Assembly (NCBI GenBank): GCA_049519175.1
Contig: JBEKQZ010000002.1
Span: forward strand, 134,782 to 198,781
Direction of reading: 5' to 3'
DNA from: Candidatus Levyibacteriota bacterium
Lineage (GTDB): Bacteria; Patescibacteriota; Microgenomatia; Levybacterales; UBA12049
Length of the DNA stretch: 64,000 bases
Position numbers and translations under genes: made by a program. This document shows positions 19,146 to 31,128 of the stretch, piece by piece. Position 1 is the first letter of the stretch; every line of letters starts with the position of its first letter. Below the pieces are notes generated by a model, which made no database searches, was not told the DNA's origin, and saw nothing but the letters and a program-made list of their open reading frames with translations.

Positions 19146-19988
19146 TCAAGTGGTCAATAGTGCTTTCATGACTACCGGTATTTCGGTGGCCAAATCCGAG
19201 GCGTTAAAATAGATTCCCATTTTTTCTGCCAAAGCTTCTCCGGCTTTTTTGTTGATGAATGACCCTGCTTCGGCGGATAAGAACGCTTCGTTTTTGCAGT
19301 AGAGCGCGGCCACCAAACCGGCCAGCACATCGCCGGTGCCGCCTTTAGTCATCCCTGGATTGCCACCGCTGATTTGCACCGCTTCTGTTCCATTTGAGAC
19401 CACATCCACCTCGCCTTTTAAAAGAATCGTTAATTTAAATTCTTTAGCTAATTCCTGAACCAAATCCGGTTCTATTCTTGATTCTTGATTCTTGATTCTT
19501 GATTCAAAGAGTTTGGAAAACTCGCCGTGGTGCGGCGTGACGATTGCAGTTGGTGGCAAAACTTCAGGCTTGACAACTTGTAAAGAACCGCCGTCCACTA
19601 CCCATTTTTTGTTTGGATAGGCTTTGAATAGCTTTTCCGTTAGTTCTTTTGTGTCATCATCCCCTAGCTCTACTCCGTTTTCTCTTGGCAAACCTGGACC
19701 AATAAGAATGCAATCCGCTTCTTCAATGTAATGCTCAATTTTATTGCGCGGAACAATAATCCCGTTCCGAAATTCCTCTTTTTCTTTTTCAACTAAAGTG
19801 TTATTTTGCGGAACCGAGGAATAAAAAACCATGTCTACAATCCGGGAAGCGACTTGCAAAGCCCACAACGAGGCGGCATGAAATAAAACCGACCCGCCGA
19901 TAATCAACAGCTTCCCATTTTCGCCTTTATGCGAATCGTGAGCCGGCACATACAACTTTTTTAAATCATTAATATCAAACTCGTTCAT
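19146..19988 (-). CDS. nnr: NAD(P)H-hydrate dehydratase (YjeF C-terminal/carbohydrate-kinase-like domain)
   Basis: 280 aa. GPGLPRE and GTGDVLAGLVAAL motifs. Contains a heptanucleotide tandem repeat. Confidence 0.75.
   Translation of the reverse strand: MNEFDINDLKKLYVPAHDSHKGENGKLLIIGGSVLFHAASLWALQVASRIVDMVFYSSVPQNNTLVEKEKEEFRNGIIVPRNKIEHYIEEADCILIGPGLPRENGVELGDDDTKELTEKLFKAYPNKKWVVDGGSLQVVKPEVLPPTAIVTPHHGEFSKLFESRIKNQESRIEPDLVQELAKEFKLTILLKGEVDVVSNGTEAVQISGGNPGMTKGGTGDVLAGLVAALYCKNEAFLSAEAGSFINKKAGEALAEKMGIYFNASDLATEIPVVMKALLTT
19474..19505. repeat. heptanucleotide tandem repeat (ATTCTTG) about 4.5 copies, inside nnr coding sequence
   Basis: attcttgattcttgattcttgattcttgattc. On the coding strand it encodes ESRIKNQESRIE. 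Confidence 0.85.
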
Positions 19989-21034
19989 TTTTGCAAATTC
20001 ACTACCTTCATTAATTTTAGCAGTTTTCTAGGAATGAATTCTTCATGCGTGGTAGTAATAATTGTTTGCTGTTTACCGATTTCTTCCAAAATTAGCTGGA
20101 TATGTCCTTCGTCCAACTCCGAAAAGATATCGTCCAACAAAAACAGCGGCCGCTCACCCAATAATTTTTCGATAAACATCAGCTGCAACATTTTTAGCTG
20201 CAAAATCGCCAGGCGCTGTTGTCCTCTTGAGCCGTAAAACTTAACGTTGTGGGTGGTTTTGTCACCGCCGTTGAACATCGAAACCGAAAAATCATCGCGG
20301 TGCGGCCCCACCAGAGTCACTCCGGCTGCTACTTCTTCCCTTTCGTATTGCACCAACCTTTCTTTGGAAACCAGGCTTTTATCATACTCTACTACGCAGT
20401 CAAAAATGTCTTTGGGCGATGAGTTGATAAAATTAGTGAATTCTTCTCTTTTTTGAGTGATGATGTTGCCGTTTTCAATTACTAAATTATCCCAGTATTC
20501 AAATTGTTTTTCGTTTCTCTGTCCGGTTTCCCGAGCCACCTCCAACAGCGCGTTTCTTTGCCTTAAAGCTTTAGTGTAGGCAATTGAGGCGATACGGTAA
20601 TTTCTGTCAACTTGTTCTAAAACTTCATCCAAAAAATTCCTTCGCAATGCCGGCGACTCGATAATAATCTCTAAATCTTGAGGCGAAAAAAGCACCGCTA
20701 ACAGTTTCCCGGCAAAATCGACCCGTCTTTTGGCAACACCGTTGACTAAAAATTTTTTATACTGCGAGCCGCCGTTAACTTCTCCGTTGGTAAGCAAAAC
20801 TTCCAACTCGTCAGCATTGACAACGCCTTTGACTCTCCCCACTTCCTCGGTAAATTTAAGCATCTGGGTGTCTTTATCTGTGCGGAAACTTTTGCCGGTG
20901 GATAAAAGATAAATTGCTTCGACCAAATTGCTTTTGCCCGAAGTATTTGGCCCGACAATTAAAGTCGTTTCTTCAAAATTAAATTTTTTCTTGTCGTAGC
21001 TTCTAAAGTTTTGTAAAGAAATGGATTTTAGCAC
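19985..21034 (-). CDS. recF: DNA replication and repair protein RecF
   Basis: 349 aa. Walker A GPNTSGKSN and SMC-like signature; 4-nt overlap with the downstream gene. Confidence 0.85.
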   Translation of the reverse strand: MLKSISLQNFRSYDKKKFNFEETTLIVGPNTSGKSNLVEAIYLLSTGKSFRTDKDTQMLKFTEEVGRVKGVVNADELEVLLTNGEVNGGSQYKKFLVNGVAKRRVDFAGKLLAVLFSPQDLEIIIESPALRRNFLDEVLEQVDRNYRIASIAYTKALRQRNALLEVARETGQRNEKQFEYWDNLVIENGNIITQKREEFTNFINSSPKDIFDCVVEYDKSLVSKERLVQYEREEVAAGVTLVGPHRDDFSVSMFNGGDKTTHNVKFYGSRGQQRLAILQLKMLQLMFIEKLLGERPLFLLDDIFSELDEGHIQLILEEIGKQQTIITTTHEEFIPRKLLKLMKVVNLQK

Positions 21035-21038
21035 GAAG

Positions 21039-21737
21039 CTATTCTATCACAGTTCCGAGGAATTTTTCGCCATCGAAGTATTTTCTAATATTGTCGACAT
21101 TTGCTCCGTTTAGAATTATTACTCTAAGTCCCAATTCCTGTGCTTTCTTAGAAGCAATTGGATCAAATGGAGTATTCATACCCGGAATCCAAACATCGCC
21201 AACCAACTTCCTGAAGTTTCCCCAAGAAATTCTATCTATGGGTTTGGCATCGCTAAATTTCTTCGGATCTTTGTCACAAGCTCTATCTATATTACTCATG
21301 TTTATAACACTCTTTACTCCGTAGTCTTCGCAAATCAAAACGGCATCGAAGTCTGTTGACCAACCCGGCTTCCAGCCTGAAGCGATTACAACTGGTTCAG
21401 AAACTTTTCTAATTATTTCGTAGTCGTCTATTATTGTCGGGTGAGCGAGGTCTCTGAAGATGGTTCTAAGAAGGTGCGCGTTGAGACGAGTGGCGTGGAT
21501 CGCAAGCCAATCGATATCTTCAGGAGCAATCTCGCCTATTATCTCTTTGGCTGCGGTTTGATAGTGCCTTGCAGTTGATCCTCCTCCTGCGACTAAAAAA
21601 AACTGGCGGTTTGGATTCTTCGCTAGTTGCTCTCTTATGAACTTATTAAGTTCGGATAAAAACTTCGTGTCAATCCCTCCGTTGGGGACGATGAGGGATC
21701 CTCCGATGGACATGACGATTCTGTCCTTATACGCCAT
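21039..21737 (-). CDS. pyrH: UMP kinase, archaeal-type (amino-acid kinase family)
   Basis: 232 aa. MSIGGSLIVP N-terminus and LVAGGGSTAR motif. Length and architecture match archaeal PyrH. Confidence 0.65.
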   Translation of the reverse strand: MAYKDRIVMSIGGSLIVPNGGIDTKFLSELNKFIREQLAKNPNRQFFLVAGGGSTARHYQTAAKEIIGEIAPEDIDWLAIHATRLNAHLLRTIFRDLAHPTIIDDYEIIRKVSEPVVIASGWKPGWSTDFDAVLICEDYGVKSVINMSNIDRACDKDPKKFSDAKPIDRISWGNFRKLVGDVWIPGMNTPFDPIASKKAQELGLRVIILNGANVDNIRKYFDGEKFLGTVIE

Positions 21738-21808
21738 AAAAAACTAGCATTCTCCTCTGCGGATAGTGCTAGATTTAGATACTATCATTAAATTCTAAAA
21801 AAAGCAAA

Positions 21809-22675
21809 CTATTTCTGATGCTTGGGACAAAAGTAGGTACCGCGTCCCCCGAGTTGGATTTTTTCGATTGTCGCTCCGCAAACCGAGCATTTCTCGCCAT
21901 TTTTGCCATAAGCTAAAGTGTGGTTTTGATAATTTCCTTCTTGTCCTAAAACATTGACAAAATTTTCGTCGGACGAACCACCGTAATCTAAACTTTTTTC
22001 GATGACTTCATGGATGGTTTTGAACAGTCTTTCAACTTCTGTGTCAGTAAGGGTTTTGCCTTTCCGCCTGGGATCAATTCCGGCCAAAAACAAGGCGTCA
22101 TTGGCATAAATGTTGCCGATTCCGCCGATTCTTTTCTGGTCCATTAAAATGAGCTTGACCGGCAAATTGCCTTTTTGAACTGTATCTTTGAAATATGGAA
22201 GTGTTAATTCTTTGCCGGCTAAATCTTCCCCCACTTTTGGCTCCGGCCCCATCTCTTTAAAGAAAGCAACGTCTTTTAGTTCGTCTTTTCTAATCACCTT
22301 AATCCAACCAAAACGGCGCAAATCATTATAAAAAAGCTTCGCCCCTTTATCTAAAGTGAAGATGACGTGGGAATATTTGGAAGGAAGCGTTCCTCCGCCG
22401 ACTTTTGCAGATAGTTTTGAATTTTGAGTAGTCGCATCTTGAAAAACCAACTGTCCGGTCATTTTTAAATGTACCGTCAGCACATAATTGCTATCAAGTT
22501 CAATGATTAAACCTTTGCCAATTCGCTTGATGTCGGTAACGGTAGCGCCGATGACATCTTTAGGATTTCCCTGGAAGATTTTTGGCACGCGGACTTGAAC
22601 ATCCTCAATTTTGTGCCCAATCAGACGTTTTTGCAATCCCAATTTGATGGTTTCTACCTCCGGCAGCTCAGGCAT
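21809..22675 (-). CDS. mutM: formamidopyrimidine-DNA glycosylase
   Basis: 288 aa. MPELPEVET N-terminus with catalytic Pro2 and a C-terminal zinc finger CSVCG...CPKHQ. Confidence 0.9.
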   Translation of the reverse strand: MPELPEVETIKLGLQKRLIGHKIEDVQVRVPKIFQGNPKDVIGATVTDIKRIGKGLIIELDSNYVLTVHLKMTGQLVFQDATTQNSKLSAKVGGGTLPSKYSHVIFTLDKGAKLFYNDLRRFGWIKVIRKDELKDVAFFKEMGPEPKVGEDLAGKELTLPYFKDTVQKGNLPVKLILMDQKRIGGIGNIYANDALFLAGIDPRRKGKTLTDTEVERLFKTIHEVIEKSLDYGGSSDENFVNVLGQEGNYQNHTLAYGKNGEKCSVCGATIEKIQLGGRGTYFCPKHQK

Positions 22676-22697
22676 AATTTATAAAATTTCTAATGGA

Positions 22698-22830
22698 GCG
22701 CGGCGAGCTTTCTTGTGAGAAATGTTTTCACTAGAGTCGTAAGACCGTATCCCGAGGACGGATAGAATCCGGCCGCAGGGACGCTTGCGTTTGAAAACTT
22801 TCGAGCCAAGAATGCGAGCAACAACGCTTA
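22698..22830. repeat. structured repeat family 1, divergent copy C
   Basis: Shares blocks GCGCGG.GAGC, CTAGAGTCG, GACCGTATCCCGAG, GCAGGGACGCTTGCGTT and AAGAATGCGA with copies A and B. Has an about 18-bp insertion. Abuts the stop codon of the glycosyltransferase gene. Confidence 0.65.
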
Positions 22831-22832
22831 GC

Positions 22833-24008
22833 TTACTTATTTTTTACTTTTGAACTTACAAAGTCTTGAATTTCTTTTTTAAAACGCTCTTTGGAAAACT
22901 TTTTCGCTTGCTCAATGCAATCTTTCGAGTTGAATTTTGTGTTTTCGAACTTTTTGACTGCTTCGATTAAACCGTTTACCGAATAGTCGTTGAACAAAAC
23001 TCCGGTTTTGCCGTTCACGACTGTTTCTTTATATCCGCCGCCGTTAAAAGCAATCACTGGCGTCCCACAAAACATCGCTTCAACCGGCGTAATCCCAAAA
23101 TCTTCGTCCTGCGATAAAGCCAAAAAGCCCCTTGCTCCTTCGTAGAGCTTTGCTAATTCTTCATCACTGACTTGTCCCAAAAATTCCACTTTGCCCTGAG
23201 ATTTATTCACTAATTTGTCGTGCTCAAAATAATATCCGGCCGGCGACCCAGCGATTTTTAATTTGAATCCAGACTTTAAGGCTGCGTCAACCGCTAACTC
23301 CAAGCCTTTGGCGCCGACAATTCTAGAAACAATAAAATAATAAGGGGTGGCACCGGAGGAAGGGCTCCCGACAGCGCGCGGATCAGTGAGTCGTGAATGA
23401 GCACTGGCGGGAGGGAAACCGGTGACAGGACCCCGATTGAATCCAACCGGCGGATAAATTACCGTTGCATCACGTCGATAAAACTTTTTGATTCTGGCGG
23501 CGACCTCTTTGGAATTGGCAATAAAATAGTCAACTTTTTGCGCCTGTTTAAAATCATAAAGCCGTATGCAATGCCCGACTATTAAAGCGTAAACCTTAAC
23601 CGGCCAGTACTTTTGGAAATTGACCGAAGTTGTATAACCATACAACCACCTTGGCGGCGTATGGCAATAACAAATTTCTGTGAATTTATCATTTTCCTTT
23701 TTAAAACCTTTGGCAATATACCAGCTGGACGAGGAAATGACTAAATCGTATTTTGCCAAATTAAAGCTACCCCAAATCAGCGGGGTTAAAAAGCGTAAAG
23801 GGCTATAAAGTTTGTTTTTAAAAAAGGGTATATATTGTACCCAAGACGTAATGATTTTCCTATCTTTAAAGTGCTTATAAGCTTGGGATTTCTTGGCACA
23901 AAAGGCAGTGTAAATCGGCGCGTCTGGAAAAATCTCGGTTAGAGTTTCCAACACCCGTTCTGCCCCGCCGTACTCTTTAATATAATCATGGACTAATGCT
24001 ACTTTCAT
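22833..24008 (-). CDS. glycosyltransferase family 4 (GT-B fold)
   Basis: 391 aa. C-terminal EDFGITPVEAMFCGTPVIA motif of GT4. Carries an in-frame copy of repeat family 2. Confidence 0.8.
   Translation of the reverse strand: MKVALVHDYIKEYGGAERVLETLTEIFPDAPIYTAFCAKKSQAYKHFKDRKIITSWVQYIPFFKNKLYSPLRFLTPLIWGSFNLAKYDLVISSSSWYIAKGFKKENDKFTEICYCHTPPRWLYGYTTSVNFQKYWPVKVYALIVGHCIRLYDFKQAQKVDYFIANSKEVAARIKKFYRRDATVIYPPVGFNRGPVTGFPPASAHSRLTDPRAVGSPSSGATPYYFIVSRIVGAKGLELAVDAALKSGFKLKIAGSPAGYYFEHDKLVNKSQGKVEFLGQVSDEELAKLYEGARGFLALSQDEDFGITPVEAMFCGTPVIAFNGGGYKETVVNGKTGVLFNDYSVNGLIEAVKKFENTKFNSKDCIEQAKKFSKERFKKEIQDFVSSKVKNK
23344..23434. repeat. structured repeat family 2, copy in-frame inside glycosyltransferase ORF
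   Basis: About 90 bp, GGGGTGGCACCGG...GACAGGACCCC. Homologous to 39967-40056 and to the shortened 29764-29816. Translated in the ORF as ...GFPPASAHSRLTDPRAVGSPSSGATP... Confidence 0.8.
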
Positions 24009-24928
24009 AATAAATTCATTTGCCTTTCGTCCGCTTTCCTTTCTTGAGTTTTTGTTTGAACTTTAACTTCTTCTTTTGAAATACGGTTTAACAAACTCTT
24101 AAAGTTTAATTTTTCAAACACTTTTTTTAAAGCCGCTTTATCTATTTTATTAATTTCCGCCTCTTTCTCGTCAAGTTTAACCGGCGCATCCAAAACAATG
24201 GTCGCCAGTTTCTTCGCCAAGGCCGCCTGCTCGGCGTCGTTGGCTAACTTTTCCTGAATTTGTGGCGAAAGTTCTCCGAGGTGTTCGTAAATTCCTTCCA
24301 ACGTTTGGTATTGATTGAGTAAATTGCTGGCGGTTTTTGGTCCAATGCCATTAACCCCAGGATAATTGTCTGACGCATCCCCCACCAACGCTTTGTAATC
24401 CACAATTTGCCACGGTTCCAAACCATATTTCTCCTTTACTTTTGGCTCGTCAAACAACGTCATCTTGGTCATACCGATAATCGGTGCCAACATCAATACT
24501 TGTGAATTGACTAGCTGCAACAAATCCCGGTCGCCGGAAACAATAATCGTTTGCAAATTTTTGGCCTTTGCTTCTTTAGAAATTGTCCCGATTAAATCAT
24601 CCGCCTCATAGCCGTCGACTTCAAAATGCTTAATTTTAGCGCTATCGAGAGCCTTATGAATCACGTCAAACTGCGGAGTCAAATCGTCAGAAATCTTTGG
24701 CCTGGTCGCCTGATAGCCGACATAGAGTTGTTTTCTAAAAGTCGGCGCCGCTTTATCAAAACAAACCACCAGGTATTCCGGTTGCAAATCCTCGACGATT
24801 TTTAAAAGCATCATGAAAAATCCGTAGACCGCATTGGTCGGCATTCCGTCTTTGTTATTTAACGGCGGTAGCGCGTGAAACGCGCGGTGGATTATGGCAT
24901 TGCCGTCAATTAGAATAAGCTTCTTCAT
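24005..24928 (-). CDS. 5'-3' exonuclease (Pol I N-terminal/FEN-like domain, stand-alone)
   Basis: 307 aa. LILIDGNAIIHRAFHAL start and acidic metal-binding clusters of 5'-3' exonucleases. No polymerase domain. Confidence 0.85.
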   Translation of the reverse strand: MKKLILIDGNAIIHRAFHALPPLNNKDGMPTNAVYGFFMMLLKIVEDLQPEYLVVCFDKAAPTFRKQLYVGYQATRPKISDDLTPQFDVIHKALDSAKIKHFEVDGYEADDLIGTISKEAKAKNLQTIIVSGDRDLLQLVNSQVLMLAPIIGMTKMTLFDEPKVKEKYGLEPWQIVDYKALVGDASDNYPGVNGIGPKTASNLLNQYQTLEGIYEHLGELSPQIQEKLANDAEQAALAKKLATIVLDAPVKLDEKEAEINKIDKAALKKVFEKLNFKSLLNRISKEEVKVQTKTQERKADERQMNLL

Positions 24929-24946
24929 TACTGAATTGATTATAAC

Positions 24947-25588
24947 CTAGGCAGCTTTTGATTGTAAGAGGAGCTTACGGTAAACAAAGGTCGTGGCGAG
25001 CATACTTAGAGGGATAGTGATGAATAATCCGACGATTAAACAAATGAAACCTAAGATATTAATTAGGCCAAGTAATATTCCAAAAAAGAAAAGGTTCCAA
25101 ACGTTACCTTTAGTTATTTTCCAACTCTTCTTAATTGCTTCAACCGGACCGAGGTTTTTATCAATTACCAGATAAACTGCAAATTTTAATCTGAGCGCAA
25201 AAAATATTCCCGGAATTATTAACAGAATAAAGCCGCCTAAAACAATCAAACCGGTTAAAAGTGCGACTAAAAAGTAATTTACGATTGGTTGGTAGTAAAA
25301 AAGGTCTTTATATTTTGGTTTTTTGTTATCGATGAATTTAAGGGAAATCTGAATTAGTCCGATACCGATAATCAAATCAATTACCGTTTGCAAAAGCCAC
25401 AAAACAAAAGCGAGCAAAGGAATATGCGCATGCGCCGTCGCAATTCTTAATCCACTAACCACCGCTGTAATTAGAATAATAATTACAAACAAAATGATGA
25501 AGAAAAAGAGATTTTCTTTGGCCAGCTTAAATCCGTAGCTGATGGCTTCCTTTTTGGAGAAATGCGGTTTGGTTGAACTTTTTGCCAT
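24947..25588 (-). CDS. integral membrane protein, hypothetical
   Basis: 213 aa with four to five TM helices. Confidence 0.45.
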   Translation of the reverse strand: MAKSSTKPHFSKKEAISYGFKLAKENLFFFIILFVIIILITAVVSGLRIATAHAHIPLLAFVLWLLQTVIDLIIGIGLIQISLKFIDNKKPKYKDLFYYQPIVNYFLVALLTGLIVLGGFILLIIPGIFFALRLKFAVYLVIDKNLGPVEAIKKSWKITKGNVWNLFFFGILLGLINILGFICLIVGLFITIPLSMLATTFVYRKLLLQSKAA

Positions 25589-25622
25589 AACTTATTATTG
25601 ATTGCCGGTTTTAATTTGTCAA

Positions 25623-27509
25623 TTAGACTTTAGCTACGGCAGTTGCCGGTTTCCGGCCGATTAATTTTTCAAACTCTTCCGACTCCAGCGTTTCTTTTTG
25701 CAATAATTCTTCAGCTAGCGCATCTAATTTCTTTCTTAATTTGCTCAAAATTCCCAGCGCTTCTTTATAACCTTCGTCGGTGATTTTTTTAACCTGCACA
25801 TCGATTTTGGCGGCCATGTCTTCCGAAACCGACGACTGTTCGTAAGGCATTCTCGGGTCGGAAGCCAAATTTAAAGGCCCTAACTCGCTCATGCCATATT
25901 CGGTTACCATCATTCTGGCCACTTCTGTCGCTTTAGTAATATCATCGGATGCTCCGGTAGTGATTTCGTTAAAAACCAAACTCTCCGCTGCCCGACCGCC
26001 CAGCATCACCGCAATTTGCTCAATTAAATGCGTCTTTGTTTCGTGAATTCGGTCCATCGGCTCCATCATAGTATGACCGAGGGACATTCCGCGCGAAACA
26101 ATGGAAATGCGATGAACCGGATCCATGTGTGGCATAAACCAGGAAACCAAGGCGTGTCCGGCCTCATGATAAGCCGTCATTTTGCGGTCTTCTTCGGTTT
26201 GTAGTCTTTTTTTCTCCGGACCTAATTTGACTTTAGTAGCTGCTTCTTCTAAATCACTCATATCAATCGCTTTTTTACCCAGGCGCGCGGCCAAAATTGC
26301 CGCTTCGTTTAGCATATTCTCCAAATCGGCACCCGAAAAGCCGACTGTACGTTTAGCAATTTTTTCCCAATTGACATTTTTTTCAAACGGCTTATTTCTG
26401 GCATGAATCGCCAAAATCGCTTCCCTGCCTTTAACATCCGGCAACTCCAAAACCACTCTTCGGTCAAATCTACCCGGCCTAACTAACGCCGGATCCAAAA
26501 CGTCGGGTCGGTTGGTCGCGGCGATGACAACTAGTTGTTCTGTCGGCGCAAAACCGTCCATCTCGACTAAAATTTGATTTAAAGTCTGCTCTCTTTCATC
26601 GTGTCCGCCCATTAAACCATAACCTCTTTGTCTACCGATAGCGTCAACTTCGTCAATAAAAATTATCGCCGGCTGGGCTTTTTTAGCGGTGTTGAATAAA
26701 TCTCTCACTCTTGATGCGCCAACACCGACCAGCATTTCCATAAATTCACTGCCTGCCATCGAGAAAAACTGGACATCCGCCTCTCCGGCGGTGGCCCTGG
26801 CCAACAGCGTTTTACCCGTTCCCGACGGCCCCACCATTAATACACCTTTGGGAGTTCTGGCGCCCATCGCTTTGTATTTGCCCGGATTTTTCAAAAAGTC
26901 GACCACTTCTTTTAATTCCTGCTTGGCTTCGTCTACTCCGGCGACATCCTTAAAAGTAATTTTTGGTTTATCTTTGTTAAAAACCTTAGCTTTGGACTGG
27001 CCAAACGAAAACACGCTTTCCTGCGCACCCCGCGCTTGCCGGAAGATAAAATAAAAGAAAGCGACCATTAAAATTACCGGCAAAACTCCCGAGAGGATAT
27101 TAATCCAGTTATTTAAAGTGGTATCGTCTTTAACGTTAACTTTGGTTTTATCCAGTTTGACGCCGGCATTCTGGAAAAGTTGGTAAACATCGGCGGTTGA
27201 TTCTTTTGAAGCTTCGACAATCCCGCTTTTTTCGGTGGCATCGATTTTATCCGAATAAACATCCATTGAGGAAACTTTTCCCGCTTTAACATCGGCAATC
27301 AGCTGTGATAGCGGCACTGTTTTGGTCGTTGGCGTTGAAGAACTACTGTTTGGTTGGGCAATGCCGATGAACAAAAAGCCGGTAAAAAGAATTAAACAAG
27401 CGTAAATAATCAAATTTTTCCAGGAAAGATTTAGTTTGAATTTTAACTGTCTGACTTTTTTGGGCTTTTTAATTTTGTTCGGGAACATAACCCTGGAATT
27501 ATAGCACAA
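25623..27509 (-). CDS. ftsH: ATP-dependent zinc metalloprotease FtsH
   Basis: 628 aa. Two N-terminal TMs, AAA Walker A GPSGTGKTLLARA, second region of homology, and the HEAGHAL zinc-protease motif. Confidence 0.9.
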   Translation of the reverse strand: MCYNSRVMFPNKIKKPKKVRQLKFKLNLSWKNLIIYACLILFTGFLFIGIAQPNSSSSTPTTKTVPLSQLIADVKAGKVSSMDVYSDKIDATEKSGIVEASKESTADVYQLFQNAGVKLDKTKVNVKDDTTLNNWINILSGVLPVILMVAFFYFIFRQARGAQESVFSFGQSKAKVFNKDKPKITFKDVAGVDEAKQELKEVVDFLKNPGKYKAMGARTPKGVLMVGPSGTGKTLLARATAGEADVQFFSMAGSEFMEMLVGVGASRVRDLFNTAKKAQPAIIFIDEVDAIGRQRGYGLMGGHDEREQTLNQILVEMDGFAPTEQLVVIAATNRPDVLDPALVRPGRFDRRVVLELPDVKGREAILAIHARNKPFEKNVNWEKIAKRTVGFSGADLENMLNEAAILAARLGKKAIDMSDLEEAATKVKLGPEKKRLQTEEDRKMTAYHEAGHALVSWFMPHMDPVHRISIVSRGMSLGHTMMEPMDRIHETKTHLIEQIAVMLGGRAAESLVFNEITTGASDDITKATEVARMMVTEYGMSELGPLNLASDPRMPYEQSSVSEDMAAKIDVQVKKITDEGYKEALGILSKLRKKLDALAEELLQKETLESEEFEKLIGRKPATAVAKV

Positions 27510-27552
27510 TTCAAGCGTAATGATAAATGATTAAGGATTAGAAGTGGTAGTT

Positions 27553-28551
27553 TTAGAAAGAGAATCCCAACTTTTGTTTTACTTCGTCAAGAGTCTTAGC
27601 TGCTTCTTCCCTTACTTTCTGATTGCCCTCTTTAAGAATTGATTTTAAGAGTTCAGGCTGTCTCTCAAATTCCGCTCTTCTTTGTCTAATTGGTTCCAGA
27701 AATTCATTCAACACTCTTGTAAGAAACTTTTTCACTTCCACATCCCCAACTTGCCCTTTTTCGTACTGTAATTTGTAATTTTCTGTCTGTTCTTTATCTT
27801 TTTCGGTTGCAAAAGCGTCGAGATAAATAAAGACAGGATTACCCTTTACTGTCCCCGGGTCCGTAGGGTGAATTCTTTTTGGGTCTGTATACATTCTCAT
27901 TACTTTCTCTTCAACGCTTTCCGGGCTATCGGAAAGAAATATCGCGTTATTTAGACTCTTCCCCATTTTCGGATTCCCATCAATGCCGACTAGTTTCCCG
28001 ACTCTGCCAATCAGCGCTTCGGGCTGAGGAAAAATTTCCGCGCCGGTAAGCTTATTTAACGCTCTGGCTATTTCTCTTGTCTGCTCAAGATGCGCCTCTT
28101 GGTCTTTGCCGACAGGAACAACTTGCCCTTTAACGCAGAGAATATCCGCAGCTTGGTAGATAGGATAATTGATAAAACCAAGGCTAAATTGGTCGCCCAA
28201 TGCTTTAGAAACAATTTCATCCTTGATAGTCGGATTACGAAGCGCCCTGTTGTGGGAAACATACATACTGAATATTGCAGCCAGCTCGTAAATCTCGGGG
28301 ATGGCAGACTCTTCAAAGAAAGTGACGTTTTTAGGGTCAAGTCCAACCGCCAGATTGTCTAAAAGGACCTCTTTTGTGCTTTCGGCCACGACCTTAGGAG
28401 TCCCGCTTAAAGTTGTCAAAGCGTGTGTGTCTGCAAATAAAATGAACATTTCGTATTCATTTTGTAGTTTTACTCTATTTTCCAGCGTTCCAACATAATG
28501 CCCTAAATGCAGTTTTCCTGTCGGCGTATCGCCGGTTAATACTCTTTTCAT
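27553..28551 (-). CDS. trpS: tryptophan--tRNA ligase
   Basis: 332 aa class I aaRS. HIGH-type GKLHLGHY and KMGKS motifs; size typical of TrpRS. Confidence 0.85.
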   Translation of the reverse strand: MKRVLTGDTPTGKLHLGHYVGTLENRVKLQNEYEMFILFADTHALTTLSGTPKVVAESTKEVLLDNLAVGLDPKNVTFFEESAIPEIYELAAIFSMYVSHNRALRNPTIKDEIVSKALGDQFSLGFINYPIYQAADILCVKGQVVPVGKDQEAHLEQTREIARALNKLTGAEIFPQPEALIGRVGKLVGIDGNPKMGKSLNNAIFLSDSPESVEEKVMRMYTDPKRIHPTDPGTVKGNPVFIYLDAFATEKDKEQTENYKLQYEKGQVGDVEVKKFLTRVLNEFLEPIRQRRAEFERQPELLKSILKEGNQKVREEAAKTLDEVKQKLGFSF

Positions 28552-28563
28552 AAACTTATCTTA

Positions 28564-31121
<2,558 letters not shown>

Positions 31122-31128
31122 GTGCTAA

